In this document: positions 1-9,064 of the stretch, in pieces
Layout: the number at the start of each line of letters is the position of its first letter
Numbering within the stretch: the stretch's first letter is position 1
Source of the DNA: Spirochaetia bacterium
GTDB taxonomy: Bacteria > Spirochaetota > Spirochaetia > WTKD01 > G963693115
NCBI GenBank assembly: GCA_963693115.1
Contig: OY843750.1
Location: 374,951 to 438,950 of the forward strand
Reading direction: 5' to 3'
DNA length: 64,000 bases
Notes under the pieces: generated by a model
Told to the model about the DNA's origin: nothing
The model's input: only the letters and a program-made list of their open reading frames with translations
Databases searched by the model: none
Program-made: the position numbers and the translations under genes

Positions 1-298
1 GTATTGCAAGCGGAAAAGAACTGATGTGATATTCATAAAAAAGCGCATTCGTATGCACCGAAAAATATTCCTTAAAGTACAGCTTTTTTCGCTTAATGAT
101 GTCCTTTAAAAAATATGCAAGTGAACTAGGGTGTACCATATGCGAGATATCCTTGTGCCTCTCGGTCGTAGTATAGGTCCGTGCGACTTTGTTCCTAAAT
201 AATACAAGCCCTTTTAAATCAACAACAAAGAGTGCATCCGATAATGAGTTACACAGTGCATTGAGCCACTCGTTTTGCACAAGCACTTGATGAACCAT
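1..298 (-). CDS. PAS-domain sensor histidine kinase, 5' part (runs off window start); Hk2-like
   Basis: Manual translation from ATG 298, open to window edge: MVHQVLVQNEWLNALCNSLSDALFVVDLKGLVLFRNKVAR..., a PAS N-terminal pattern. Lies downstream of murG-cvpA-holB as in Borrelia hk2. Not in the ORF track; the kinase domain is outside the window. Confidence 0.65.
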   Translation of the reverse strand, partial: MVHQVLVQNEWLNALCNSLSDALFVVDLKGLVLFRNKVARTYTTTERHKDISHMVHPSSLAYFLKDIIKRKKLYFKEYFSVHTNALFYEYHISSFPLAI

Positions 299-326
299 AG
301 CTGGGTGCAATGGTGTTTTATCTAAA

Positions 327-1625
327 CTACGTTTTGAGTACGAATAACTCATGGTATGTAAGTATATTGTAGTAGAATGCTTCTAATAGAGATATGGGTG
401 AAAGGTTATAGGTTTCTCGAGAGAATTTTACTCTGACGCACAAGCGATATGCTTGCTGTAATCGTGCTACAGTAATATCAGAAATGGTACGAGCGGTCTC
501 GCCAATGACCTCACCAGAAATCTCACCAGCAATTTTTTTGGGGGAAGTCTCAGAATTCTCACAAGGGGTCTTTGCAACACGAGAAAAAAGTAGTGAACGA
601 AGTACTGTAATAAGACTCGTCAACACCTGGTGCAATACAACGTCCCCTTGTTCCTTTTTTATTTCTTTTGCGAGAATACTAGGAAACGGAGCACCTGCTC
701 GCAATGCATCTATAAAGATCTTTGCATACGTCTCGTGTTGCACCATTACATGTTTTTTTCTAAGTACGTGCCTAATCGGGTAAACATATGGAGGTTCGTG
801 GGTAGTCTCTTTTTCTTCAATATGATAACAGACAAAGCGCGAGCGGAGCGTGGGTGTCAATGATGCGAGGTTTGTAGTGATCAAACTCACCGAAACATTG
901 GGAGGAAGCTCTTCACAGAATTTAAGAAGGGTAGCTGATACAGAGAGACTGATATGCTCTGCTCCTTCAATAAATATATGTTTGCTATGTGAATGACTCT
1001 TGATATGTGCCCAAGGAATCAAGGTTCTCAATATAGACACTGGTATTTGCAGAGGCAATGCATCGCTGAGTGCCTTATAACTGCGCATGAGCGCGCTACG
1101 TTGTTTTAAGGAGGGAAGGACTACATCCTGTAACTCATGCTGTGAATTATGCAAAACATCACGACAAAAGGTAAGCACGCTTTCCTGCAAGCCCACTACA
1201 TGAGTACGCAACTCATCGGAAGCCTTGCGCAACACACTAGCCTGACTATACCCTTCCCAAAGCCATGCCTGAGCTTTACACAACAGATGGTTTACTGCCT
1301 GCACTACTAAGAGTGCAGAAAATATTTCTAGCGTTTTTTCACGTTCCAACAATTGTATGATATGCGCATAACCTGCAGATGTTCCAAGACTTACAATATC
1401 TTGGTTTAAAAAAAGGTAGGTCTTGAGACATTCGTCGCATAGACAATCTCCTTGCTTATGAAGAAGTATACGCAGTGCTATCTGCATTGCTTCTACTTGA
1501 CCGAGATTGTCTTGGCTATCATCATTAGCAAGCACAAAACAGCGCGTGGGGGGCACACTGTCAGTAGATAGTATGCTTGCAAGTATTTTGTTAGGTGCGA
1601 AGAATTTCGATAATTCTAAAGCCAT
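327..1625 (-). CDS. holB: DNA polymerase III delta' subunit-like protein (divergent)
   Basis: CxCxxC zinc motif (GDCLCDEC), 'IFIEGAEHIS...ATLLKFCEELP...LTPTLRSRF' clamp-loader motif, murG-cvpA-holB synteny. Confidence 0.7.
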   Translation of the reverse strand: MALELSKFFAPNKILASILSTDSVPPTRCFVLANDDSQDNLGQVEAMQIALRILLHKQGDCLCDECLKTYLFLNQDIVSLGTSAGYAHIIQLLEREKTLEIFSALLVVQAVNHLLCKAQAWLWEGYSQASVLRKASDELRTHVVGLQESVLTFCRDVLHNSQHELQDVVLPSLKQRSALMRSYKALSDALPLQIPVSILRTLIPWAHIKSHSHSKHIFIEGAEHISLSVSATLLKFCEELPPNVSVSLITTNLASLTPTLRSRFVCYHIEEKETTHEPPYVYPIRHVLRKKHVMVQHETYAKIFIDALRAGAPFPSILAKEIKKEQGDVVLHQVLTSLITVLRSLLFSRVAKTPCENSETSPKKIAGEISGEVIGETARTISDITVARLQQAYRLCVRVKFSRETYNLSPISLLEAFYYNILTYHELFVLKT

Positions 1626-2064
1626 AATTCTTTAATAATGGAAGTATCTTACTCTCTCCGAGCATGGCATTTACATCAAAAAATGGCTGAGCTCTCAATA
1701 GCTGATCTACGATGAGTACGATTAACGCTCCCTCAATAAATCCCAACACGACGCCCGTAATTCGATTGAGCCCACTCAAGCGTAAAGCCTTTATAAAGCT
1801 ATTAAATATGCCTTCTAATAATTTTACCCCTGTATACCCCAAGAGAAAAAGCAAGCCTAAAGAGATAAGTCGTAATAAGTTAAAACGAATACTTGTGTAT
1901 TCGCTCAAAAACGCTGTTAAGGCATCGGTCTGAGTACGGGCTAGAATTATTCCAACTACTATAGCAGCTATTGCCAACAATTCTCGTATCAGGCCCTGAA
2001 AAAGCCCGCGTATGCTAAGCACAGCAAGAACAACGAGAATCACTATATCAATAATTGTACCCAT
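1591..2064 (-). CDS. cvpA: CvpA family membrane protein
   Basis: IIDIVILVVL..SIRGLFQGLIRE..., LNRITGVVLGFIEG motif. Confidence 0.9.
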   Translation of the reverse strand: MGTIIDIVILVVLAVLSIRGLFQGLIRELLAIAAIVVGIILARTQTDALTAFLSEYTSIRFNLLRLISLGLLFLLGYTGVKLLEGIFNSFIKALRLSGLNRITGVVLGFIEGALIVLIVDQLLRAQPFFDVNAMLGESKILPLLKNYGFRIIEILRT

Positions 2065-2181
2065 ATGCTAATCATACTAGATATGACGATTGCTGACTCT
2101 CTACAATCACCTTATTCCATACGCAAAAACCCATCATACACGCTTGTACTACTGCGTCTTTTTGTATGTATTCCAATCGAT

Positions 2182-3345
2182 TTATATAAGAAATTTTTCT
2201 ATTTCTACAGCAATGTTAGTACTTGCCATCCGTGCATTAAGACGTCCGAGTCGTTGCTTAATGTTTGAAGTATTATTCTGTAATAAATAATACACCATAG
2301 CAGAAAACTCTCCCTCTCTTGGCGAAGGCCCGAGATTAATTGCCACACCAATAGATGCAAAATACCGAGCGTTTTCTAGTTGATCACCACGTGATCCTTT
2401 ATGAGAAAGCGGGATTAACAAGGCGGGCTTTTTGTATGCTGCTATCTCCCATAATGTCCCCGCTCCCGCACGCGAAACCACAATAGTAGCAATACTGAGT
2501 AGTTGCGCGTATTCATCAAAAAAGAAGTCTCTTTGTATATGTTGAACCAATCCTTGACTGGAGTCAGTCATGCGCGAATGCAAGGGATGGGTAATACGAG
2601 CACCTGCTCCTCGTTGGTGAACTATCGTAATCGGAATCGTACACTTTTTATAAAACGTATCAACCAAACTATTTATATCGTGCGAACCTTGGCTTCCGCC
2701 TAGTACAAGCAACACGGGAGCATTACCGAACGAAGCAAGCATATCACTTTTTTTTGAGGCATTTGAAGCAGTAAGAATGCTAGGTCGTACTGGATATCCC
2801 GTTGTAATAACTGTAGGCTTTTTTGTTTTGCGTGCACCAACGAGCGCTTGGATACTCTGGTATGCAGAGTCATACGAAAGAAGAATGCTACGCGCATGCT
2901 TAACACTAAGGCGACTTGCAAGAGAAAGACTATGATCGCATACATGTACTACCACTGGTATTCTGAGTATACGTGCTGCCCATATTGGTGGCACTGACAC
3001 ATGGCTTCCCATGGCTACCAATATTTGAGGGCTACTCCGTTTTAACACAAAAAAAGCCTGAACAAACGATACAATTACTTTGATGGCTTGAACAAGAAGC
3101 CCGAAAGTAAGGTAACGATGAAATTTACCTGCAGTTATACTCAAAAAAGGTATACTGCTCCTACACACATAGTCTCTTTCAGGGCCCGTTTTTGATCCTA
3201 ACCACGCAATTGAATGATGACCACGAAGACGCAAGCTCTCAATTACTGCTATGCCCGGAAACACGTGACCACCACTCCCGCCACCAGTAACTATCACATC
3301 GTAGTGCTTTGATGCTTCGCCCTTCCTTTGTTTTGTCGTCTTGAT
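2182..3345 (-). CDS. murG: UDP-GlcNAc:lipid I N-acetylglucosaminyltransferase MurG
   Basis: TGGGSGGHVFPG, LVLGGSQGS, VVSRAGAG, GDQLENA motifs. Start placed tentatively at ATC 3345 behind SD AAGGAG; the ORF track extends to 3429. Confidence 0.93.
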   Translation of the reverse strand: MKTTKQRKGEASKHYDVIVTGGGSGGHVFPGIAVIESLRLRGHHSIAWLGSKTGPERDYVCRSSIPFLSITAGKFHRYLTFGLLVQAIKVIVSFVQAFFVLKRSSPQILVAMGSHVSVPPIWAARILRIPVVVHVCDHSLSLASRLSVKHARSILLSYDSAYQSIQALVGARKTKKPTVITTGYPVRPSILTASNASKKSDMLASFGNAPVLLVLGGSQGSHDINSLVDTFYKKCTIPITIVHQRGAGARITHPLHSRMTDSSQGLVQHIQRDFFFDEYAQLLSIATIVVSRAGAGTLWEIAAYKKPALLIPLSHKGSRGDQLENARYFASIGVAINLGPSPREGEFSAMVYYLLQNNTSNIKQRLGRLNARMASTNIAVEIEKFLI

Positions 3346-3400
3346 GTCCTTCTCCTTCGCTATAATTAAGTATATGCTAACTAAGCACGGGCCACACATC

Positions 3401-4252
3401 ATGAAAGGCTCTCGTTTGTCTATATGCACATGTTTGTATATATTTTGTATGTACCTATCTTGGTCTCAGTCTCAGGAGTCGTGCATATTCCACGACAACA
3501 TAGATCTTGAAACCCTTGTATACCGATTTTCTGATGATAGTGGTAGTAATACGGGCTATAAAGAAATAGCCCATCTCAATTTAAACCCTCGTTCACAATC
3601 GTATACAAAAATCGTAAGCGAATTAGAACGAATAAAGCCCAATATGGGAGTAGAAATACTATTTGAACTTCCTTACCCTTCCCACATATACGCTTCCACT
3701 AACACAGAAAAATTAAAACTCCTTACCGCGCTTCAACGAGCATCTGTTAGATTTTCTACAATGAAGAACATCGAATATTATTCACATCGTCGAAAAAAGT
3801 TTAGAGAGTTTATAACTGATGCTTTTTTAGTCTCAGATCCGCAATCAACTACCAAACTCCCCGATCCAACCATAACGAATATGGATGATAAAGACTACTA
3901 TGTTCGTCGCACTATGACAAGTTTTGGCGAGAGTGTTCAACACTATCAAGTAAATACGGAACATACTGATAATGTCCTTGTGCTAATTTATAACCTTGAA
4001 GACCTTGTCTATAACAATATCATTAAGATTGCCAATAAAGAAGAGTCTATCACCATTATGTACTTACATATACAAGAACATGCTATCGCCGTCTATCTAG
4101 CAGGTAGTGTGAGGGGGCTCAAAAGGCTTGATGGTCTTAGACAACGTGCTACAATCAGCATGTCAAATCGACTCTGTGCCCTTGCAGAATGGTTTTATCT
4201 TTCTTATAATGATGTTCTCAAAGAACTTGTACATTACGATACCACGAGATAA
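3401..4252 (+). CDS. Exported protein, DUF6675-like spirochaete family
   Basis: Signal-peptide-like N-terminus from ATG 3401; 'STMKNIEYYSHRRKK...FITDAF' and 'SMSNRLCALAEWF' resemble the spirochaete DUF6675 family (from memory). Confidence 0.55.
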   Translation: MKGSRLSICTCLYIFCMYLSWSQSQESCIFHDNIDLETLVYRFSDDSGSNTGYKEIAHLNLNPRSQSYTKIVSELERIKPNMGVEILFELPYPSHIYASTNTEKLKLLTALQRASVRFSTMKNIEYYSHRRKKFREFITDAFLVSDPQSTTKLPDPTITNMDDKDYYVRRTMTSFGESVQHYQVNTEHTDNVLVLIYNLEDLVYNNIIKIANKEESITIMYLHIQEHAIAVYLAGSVRGLKRLDGLRQRATISMSNRLCALAEWFYLSYNDVLKELVHYDTTR

Positions 4253-4316
4253 ACAATACTGTGTATGATAAATAACATAACACGTTATACAACATCCCAA
4301 CCCATAGTTTATACAT

Positions 4317-5006
4317 ATGCTTGAATTTAAAGGGGTAAATGTAAGCATACAGACCAGGCATATATTGCGTAATATTGATCTCACCTTTGATGCCGCACGT
4401 ATTGCCATCCTAGGCAACAACGGGTCAGGCAAGACGACACTTGCTCGTTGTGCAGTAGGCTTGTTACGTCCACAAAAAGGTACGATATACCTAGACGGAA
4501 ACGATATAATTGACTATCGAACCACGCTCTGGAAACACATCAATCTTTGTTTTCAGGTCCCCGATCATCAGATCGTCATGCCTACTGTACAAGAAGAACT
4601 CAGCTTTTCGCTCAAGAATGCAGGAAAACAACTTGAGCCACGCGTGCTCGCAGATATATTAGAAGAACTAGAATGTACTGCACATACACCTTGCCACCAA
4701 CTGAGTACGGGAAAAAAGCGCCTTCTTTGCCTCCACGCTTTACTCTTACTTAATCCAAAAATTCTCATTCTCGATGAACCAACAGCCTTTCTTGACATAC
4801 CAACTGCTCAGGAATTTATGCAGAAACTTGAACGACTTTCTCAAAAGGTCATTATGATTACCCACAATGATGCTTATATACGTAGTTTTGACGAGGCAGT
4901 ACTACTCCACCAGGGCACTATCGTTGCTCATGATACGCCAAAGAAAATCATTGCCCACTATGACGCAATCATTGCAAAAAGGTCATTGCAAAAAAGACCA
5001 TTGTAA
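4317..5006 (+). CDS. bioM: ECF transporter ATPase (BioM/EcfA type)
   Basis: Walker A GNNGSGKT, FQVPDHQ Q-loop, LSTGKKR signature, ILILDEPT Walker B; upstream of T component and bioY. Confidence 0.85.
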   Translation: MLEFKGVNVSIQTRHILRNIDLTFDAARIAILGNNGSGKTTLARCAVGLLRPQKGTIYLDGNDIIDYRTTLWKHINLCFQVPDHQIVMPTVQEELSFSLKNAGKQLEPRVLADILEELECTAHTPCHQLSTGKKRLLCLHALLLLNPKILILDEPTAFLDIPTAQEFMQKLERLSQKVIMITHNDAYIRSFDEAVLLHQGTIVAHDTPKKIIAHYDAIIAKRSLQKRPL

Positions 5007-5012
5007 AAAGGC

Positions 5013-5660
5013 ATGATATCACGCATACATAGTACCATTGTTTATACTCCTTTTCTTTTCAAAATGGCGCTCCTTATTGTCGGGATACGCTATGTTTATT
5101 CTTTAGAGTCTAGCACTGTGCAAGCAGTGCTATCAGTAAGCGTTGGATGTCTTTTTTTTCTCACAGGTGCAGGGCTACGCCTCTACGCACGTACGGTTCT
5201 AGGACTCCTCCCACTCCTTGCTCTTGCTTTCTTTTACTACTATTTTAGTCAGCGCGATAATGCCATTTACTTGGTGCTTGGTATACATAATGCAGTTCTT
5301 GCAGCATATCTTTTGAGTGCCCTCAGCCCTATCTCACAAATACTACGTGAACTCACCTACATTTTTTATCCACTTTCCTTTGTTGGAGTAGATCCCGGGT
5401 ATCCAGCTCTGCTTATTACCATTGCTATAAAAACGCTCCCCTTGCTACAAAAAATACTCAAGTCACTTTCAGAAAGCGCACGGTTGCGTGGTGCATCAAT
5501 GCCTACGATACGAGTATTGTTTCCTACGCTCCTGCAATGCCTCTTTGTATCGGAAGCGCTCTACGATGCACTCATGTTACGCGGATATTCTGCAAGGCAC
5601 CACAGAAAAATATTGATAAAACAAAACATGCAAAAGAAGACTATGAAACAAGAAAATTAG
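5013..5660 (+). CDS. bioN: ECF transporter transmembrane T component (BioN-like)
   Basis: Hydrophobic, with SARLRG and ALMLRGY Arg motifs of EcfT. Confidence 0.8.
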   Translation: MISRIHSTIVYTPFLFKMALLIVGIRYVYSLESSTVQAVLSVSVGCLFFLTGAGLRLYARTVLGLLPLLALAFFYYYFSQRDNAIYLVLGIHNAVLAAYLLSALSPISQILRELTYIFYPLSFVGVDPGYPALLITIAIKTLPLLQKILKSLSESARLRGASMPTIRVLFPTLLQCLFVSEALYDALMLRGYSARHHRKILIKQNMQKKTMKQEN

Positions 5661-5680
5661 TAAAGTATAATATATACAAA

Positions 5681-6211
5681 ATGCGATTAGAAAAACGGTT
5701 AATTTTTTCCGCATCATTTGCGGGTCTCATATGGCTACTTGGACTTCCCCCCTCTTTTCCTGTATTTGGTATTCCACTTACTATTCAGAATGCGGGCATA
5801 TTTCTCGCTGCCTTTTGCCTTGGAGCAACTGCTGGAAGTGTGAGTGTGTTAATTTTTTTGGGCTTAGCTGCAATAGGTCTTCCAGTGCTAACGGGGGGAC
5901 GTGGTGGAATTGGCGTCTTTGTTGGACCTACCGCAGGGTTTTTGTTTGGGTATATTATATGTACGTTCATCATGGGATTGCTAATACAAAAAAATTATCA
6001 TGGCAAAGGATTTTTTAGTTTTTTTCTGATTGGAATCATAGGAGTTATAGTGCTGTATCTCTGTGGTTTTATATGGCTAGTATTGTTTTTTGATATGTCT
6101 GTACCTGCCGCCGTTCAGGCTGTTATACTATTTATTCCTTTTGATATTGCAAAGGTCATTCTCGCAGCCTCTACGGGATTGCTAGTAAAGCGATACTATC
6201 CTCTTCTTTAG
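5681..6211 (+). CDS. bioY: Biotin transporter S component BioY
   Basis: IPLTIQN, LGLAAIGLPVLTGGRGG, GPTAGFLFGY, FIPFDIAK; likely ATG 5681. Confidence 0.93.
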   Translation: MRLEKRLIFSASFAGLIWLLGLPPSFPVFGIPLTIQNAGIFLAAFCLGATAGSVSVLIFLGLAAIGLPVLTGGRGGIGVFVGPTAGFLFGYIICTFIMGLLIQKNYHGKGFFSFFLIGIIGVIVLYLCGFIWLVLFFDMSVPAAVQAVILFIPFDIAKVILAASTGLLVKRYYPLL

Positions 6212-6291
6212 CTCTCTCCCTTAACCCTCTCTTTGTTTGCTCTTGTAGATTGCTTCTTTAGTATGGTCATAGTAGTACAGACAGATTACCA

Positions 6292-7902
6292 TCATTTGAT
6301 CAAAAATTTTTCTAAATGGACTCCCCTATTTGCCTGTTGAAGCAACGAGGTAAGAAAAATATTTTTTTCGACTTCCCACAATTCTAACTCTTTTTCTGCG
6401 AGGTTGAGTTTTTGTCGCTGTATCAAAAGAGAGGTAGATGTTTGCAAGTCTTTTTTTATTTGCTCTTCATTCAAGAGCAAACGTTCTAGCTCTATATCAA
6501 TATGAAGTTTTTCTTGTTCAAATTGTAGGGTGTTAATCGTATTTTGATATTCGATATCTTGGTCATATGCTATATCTACCCGTCTCTCTAATTCTAAGCG
6601 TTTATTTTCAATAACTAAATTTTGTAAATTTTTTAGGGGTCCGCGAGTATATGCGCTGAGAAGTGGAAACGCAAATTCTACTGAAAAGAGAATATCAACA
6701 AAAGCGTTTTCATCACCAAGGTCTGCAAACGAACTCAAAAAATCAGAGCTCTCTCTTTGCGAGGCATATCGTGGCTGAACTGATAGTGAGAGGTTCATGG
6801 TCGGTTTACCATCAATGTCTTGAAGAATGAGTTGGTTTTGTGCATTTTCGAGTGCAAGCACCGCGTCTGAAACAGCGGGATTGTTCAAAGCATCTATTAC
6901 ACCCCTCCCAAACTGACTAATAGATGGCAGATCTGCGTTGACAACAAAACTGTTGACTTGAGATTCGCTGATGCGTAGTTTTCCTTGTTGTATAAGCTGT
7001 AGCTTACGTAATGTAAGCATATCGTTAAGATGCGTGCGTTCCTTCTGCTTAAGTGCCATCGAGCTTTGAACACTAAGCAGTGCCTTATTACTATCACTCC
7101 CTTTTTCTATCTGAATTTGTAATGCTTTAAGATTGTCAGACAAAAGATTGAGCGTTGCATCAAGCAGTGGAATCTGTTTTTGGATAGTTACTATCTCTAG
7201 CACTTTTTGATATGCGTCTAGAATAATTTCATTTGTCGCTCGCATGTGGAGTACAGTATTAAGTTCAAATTCATTACGTATTTGTGCAAGTCGAATTCTA
7301 AGTGGATTAACAGTTAAGAGTGAATTGTTTACAAATAGCGGTTGATTAAATGTCCACAGAAAAGATATTTCTTGATCAACCGTAGAAAAATCACGAGAAA
7401 ATAGAAAAAAATCTTGAAGCTCAAATGTAGTGTATCCGCCAAAGGGAGTGGGGCTTTTGAGATCAACTTTCATCCCAAGATTATTATTCTTATTACTGAG
7501 TCGTAATGGTGACAAACCTGAGAACACAAGGGGGGATTGCGGATCAAGCGGATTAACAGAAAAACTAGGGATAAAGGTTTGTACAGACTGATAGCTCGGT
7601 TGGAGAGGATACACCGAAAAATTTAGTTTAGGAATCAGGAAAGAATTTCTGTCATACTGCTCTTTTTGCCGTGCTATTTCAAGTGCAATACTATTTTGCT
7701 GTGAAACAGTACTTTCTTCGTGCACTTTTGTGACCAATTCTTGTACACTATAGCTTTGTGCATACCCACCGTAGACACACCAAATTACAAAAACAAACCA
7801 CCATATCAACAACAGTGAAATATGTATGTTTCTTGTGTGTATCGATACCCTGCTTAATGTCGCGTGTTGCATAGCATACAGGAAATAATTGTCGTCTTTC
7901 AT
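6292..7902 (-). CDS. TolC family outer-membrane efflux protein
   Basis: Signal region, helical repeats with 'LDAYQKVLE', terminal aromatic beta-strand segments; downstream of MFP and RND genes. Confidence 0.7.
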   Translation of the reverse strand: MKDDNYFLYAMQHATLSRVSIHTRNIHISLLLIWWFVFVIWCVYGGYAQSYSVQELVTKVHEESTVSQQNSIALEIARQKEQYDRNSFLIPKLNFSVYPLQPSYQSVQTFIPSFSVNPLDPQSPLVFSGLSPLRLSNKNNNLGMKVDLKSPTPFGGYTTFELQDFFLFSRDFSTVDQEISFLWTFNQPLFVNNSLLTVNPLRIRLAQIRNEFELNTVLHMRATNEIILDAYQKVLEIVTIQKQIPLLDATLNLLSDNLKALQIQIEKGSDSNKALLSVQSSMALKQKERTHLNDMLTLRKLQLIQQGKLRISESQVNSFVVNADLPSISQFGRGVIDALNNPAVSDAVLALENAQNQLILQDIDGKPTMNLSLSVQPRYASQRESSDFLSSFADLGDENAFVDILFSVEFAFPLLSAYTRGPLKNLQNLVIENKRLELERRVDIAYDQDIEYQNTINTLQFEQEKLHIDIELERLLLNEEQIKKDLQTSTSLLIQRQKLNLAEKELELWEVEKNIFLTSLLQQANRGVHLEKFLIK

Positions 7903-7977
7903 CTAATTCATTTTGAAAAAGCAATAATCTCCGCCTCTACATTATATGGCATAGCGTAGAACTTGTTTGCGAGAACC

Positions 7978-8334
7978 TTATCTTGACGCCACAATAGTTT
8001 TCATTTGCTCTATAACTTCATGCATGAGTTGTTTTACCTCAGAGTCAATAGCCATAATTCCATATTTTTTAAGGAGAACATTACGGATAAACAAAATTGC
8101 TGAACGTGCAACGTTTAAGAATAATTTAACTTCTTCTTGATTAAGCGCCCTCGTCGATGCAAAACCCTCATTGTAACGCGTAAGGAGTTCTTTTTTAGCA
8201 CCATATAGCCTTTCTCTAAAGACATTCCTTGCTATAGGAGAAAATTTTTTACCCCATATCTCAAAGGAAACATGCTCAACTATTACTAACACTTTCTCCA
8301 TCGATCTATCACTAAATAGCAAAAAATCTTTCAA
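7978..8334 (-). CDS. Hypothetical 118-aa protein, putative toxin partner of the Panacea protein
   Basis: Starts 6 nt after the DUF4065 stop (TTG 8334; alternative ATG 8301); no recognised family. Confidence 0.55.
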   Translation of the reverse strand: MKDFLLFSDRSMEKVLVIVEHVSFEIWGKKFSPIARNVFRERLYGAKKELLTRYNEGFASTRALNQEEVKLFLNVARSAILFIRNVLLKKYGIMAIDSEVKQLMHEVIEQMKTIVASR

Positions 8335-8340
8335 AACAGC

Positions 8341-8895
8341 TCAATTCATGGCTGTCTCAAAGCCTGCATTTATCTTCTCGTATGTGTTAATAACCGCACG
8401 TTCTGAATCGTCCTTCTGTAATGCGTTAATAAGTAAATTACAGTTCGCTAGCGTATCTTCTTCAAAACTATTGGGTAGTCGCTGGTTCCATTCAGGAAGA
8501 CCAAGTATATACTCGGCTAACTGTGTTGCAGAGAAGTCTTTAAATTTTTCAGCTAGTCTCTTGATAATATACTCTTCTTCATCTGTCAAAGACACAATCA
8601 ACTCTTCTTGATTACCAATAAGTACTACATCGGCTCCCTTGGTTATCAAGAAAGAACTCCAGTAGTGTGTGTTGCTACCATCTGAGTGTTTCTTTATACA
8701 CTCATAGACCGACGTAAGTCGCGGACCCGTTTTTTCACTAACGTATGTGTCATAGGTAAGCCTATAATTGTACCGTTGAAGTATCTCCCTATCGGACAAA
8801 TACATAAGATTTATGAGTTTGTTATAGTTCATTGAACCACCGTACAACTTTACCAATTCAACTGCCAGTGCTGTTGCAACCACTTCATTAAACAC
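8341..8895 (-). CDS. Panacea domain (DUF4065/SocA-like) antitoxin-family protein
   Basis: KLINLMYLSDRE...RLTYDTYVSEKTGPRLTSVYECIK matches the KLxKLLYxADR...ITGDxY...GPV motif; C-terminal 'SATQLAEY..LPEW'. Confidence 0.8.
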   Translation of the reverse strand: MFNEVVATALAVELVKLYGGSMNYNKLINLMYLSDREILQRYNYRLTYDTYVSEKTGPRLTSVYECIKKHSDGSNTHYWSSFLITKGADVVLIGNQEELIVSLTDEEEYIIKRLAEKFKDFSATQLAEYILGLPEWNQRLPNSFEEDTLANCNLLINALQKDDSERAVINTYEKINAGFETAMN

Positions 8896-8939
8896 TAGAT
8901 TTTTCTCAACTTTTTATCTACTTTTTTTAAACTATAACT

Positions 8940-8973
8940 TATATAGTACTATATATTAAAAAATATTGCAATA
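8940..8973 (-). promoter_or_regulatory. sigma70-type promoter TTGCAA-N17-TACTAT overlapped by a 16-bp perfect palindrome
   Basis: -35 at 8971-8966, -10 at 8948-8943; palindromes TATATAGTACTATATA (8940-8955) and TATTGCAATA (8964-8973). Confidence 0.6.
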
Positions 8974-9064
8974 CTTTTGTAAATTTGTTTTTAAGTTAAA
9001 AAATACTACCATTACTACACCACGTTTTTACTTTAAACCACTAAGTATACATGTTTATGTTAAT

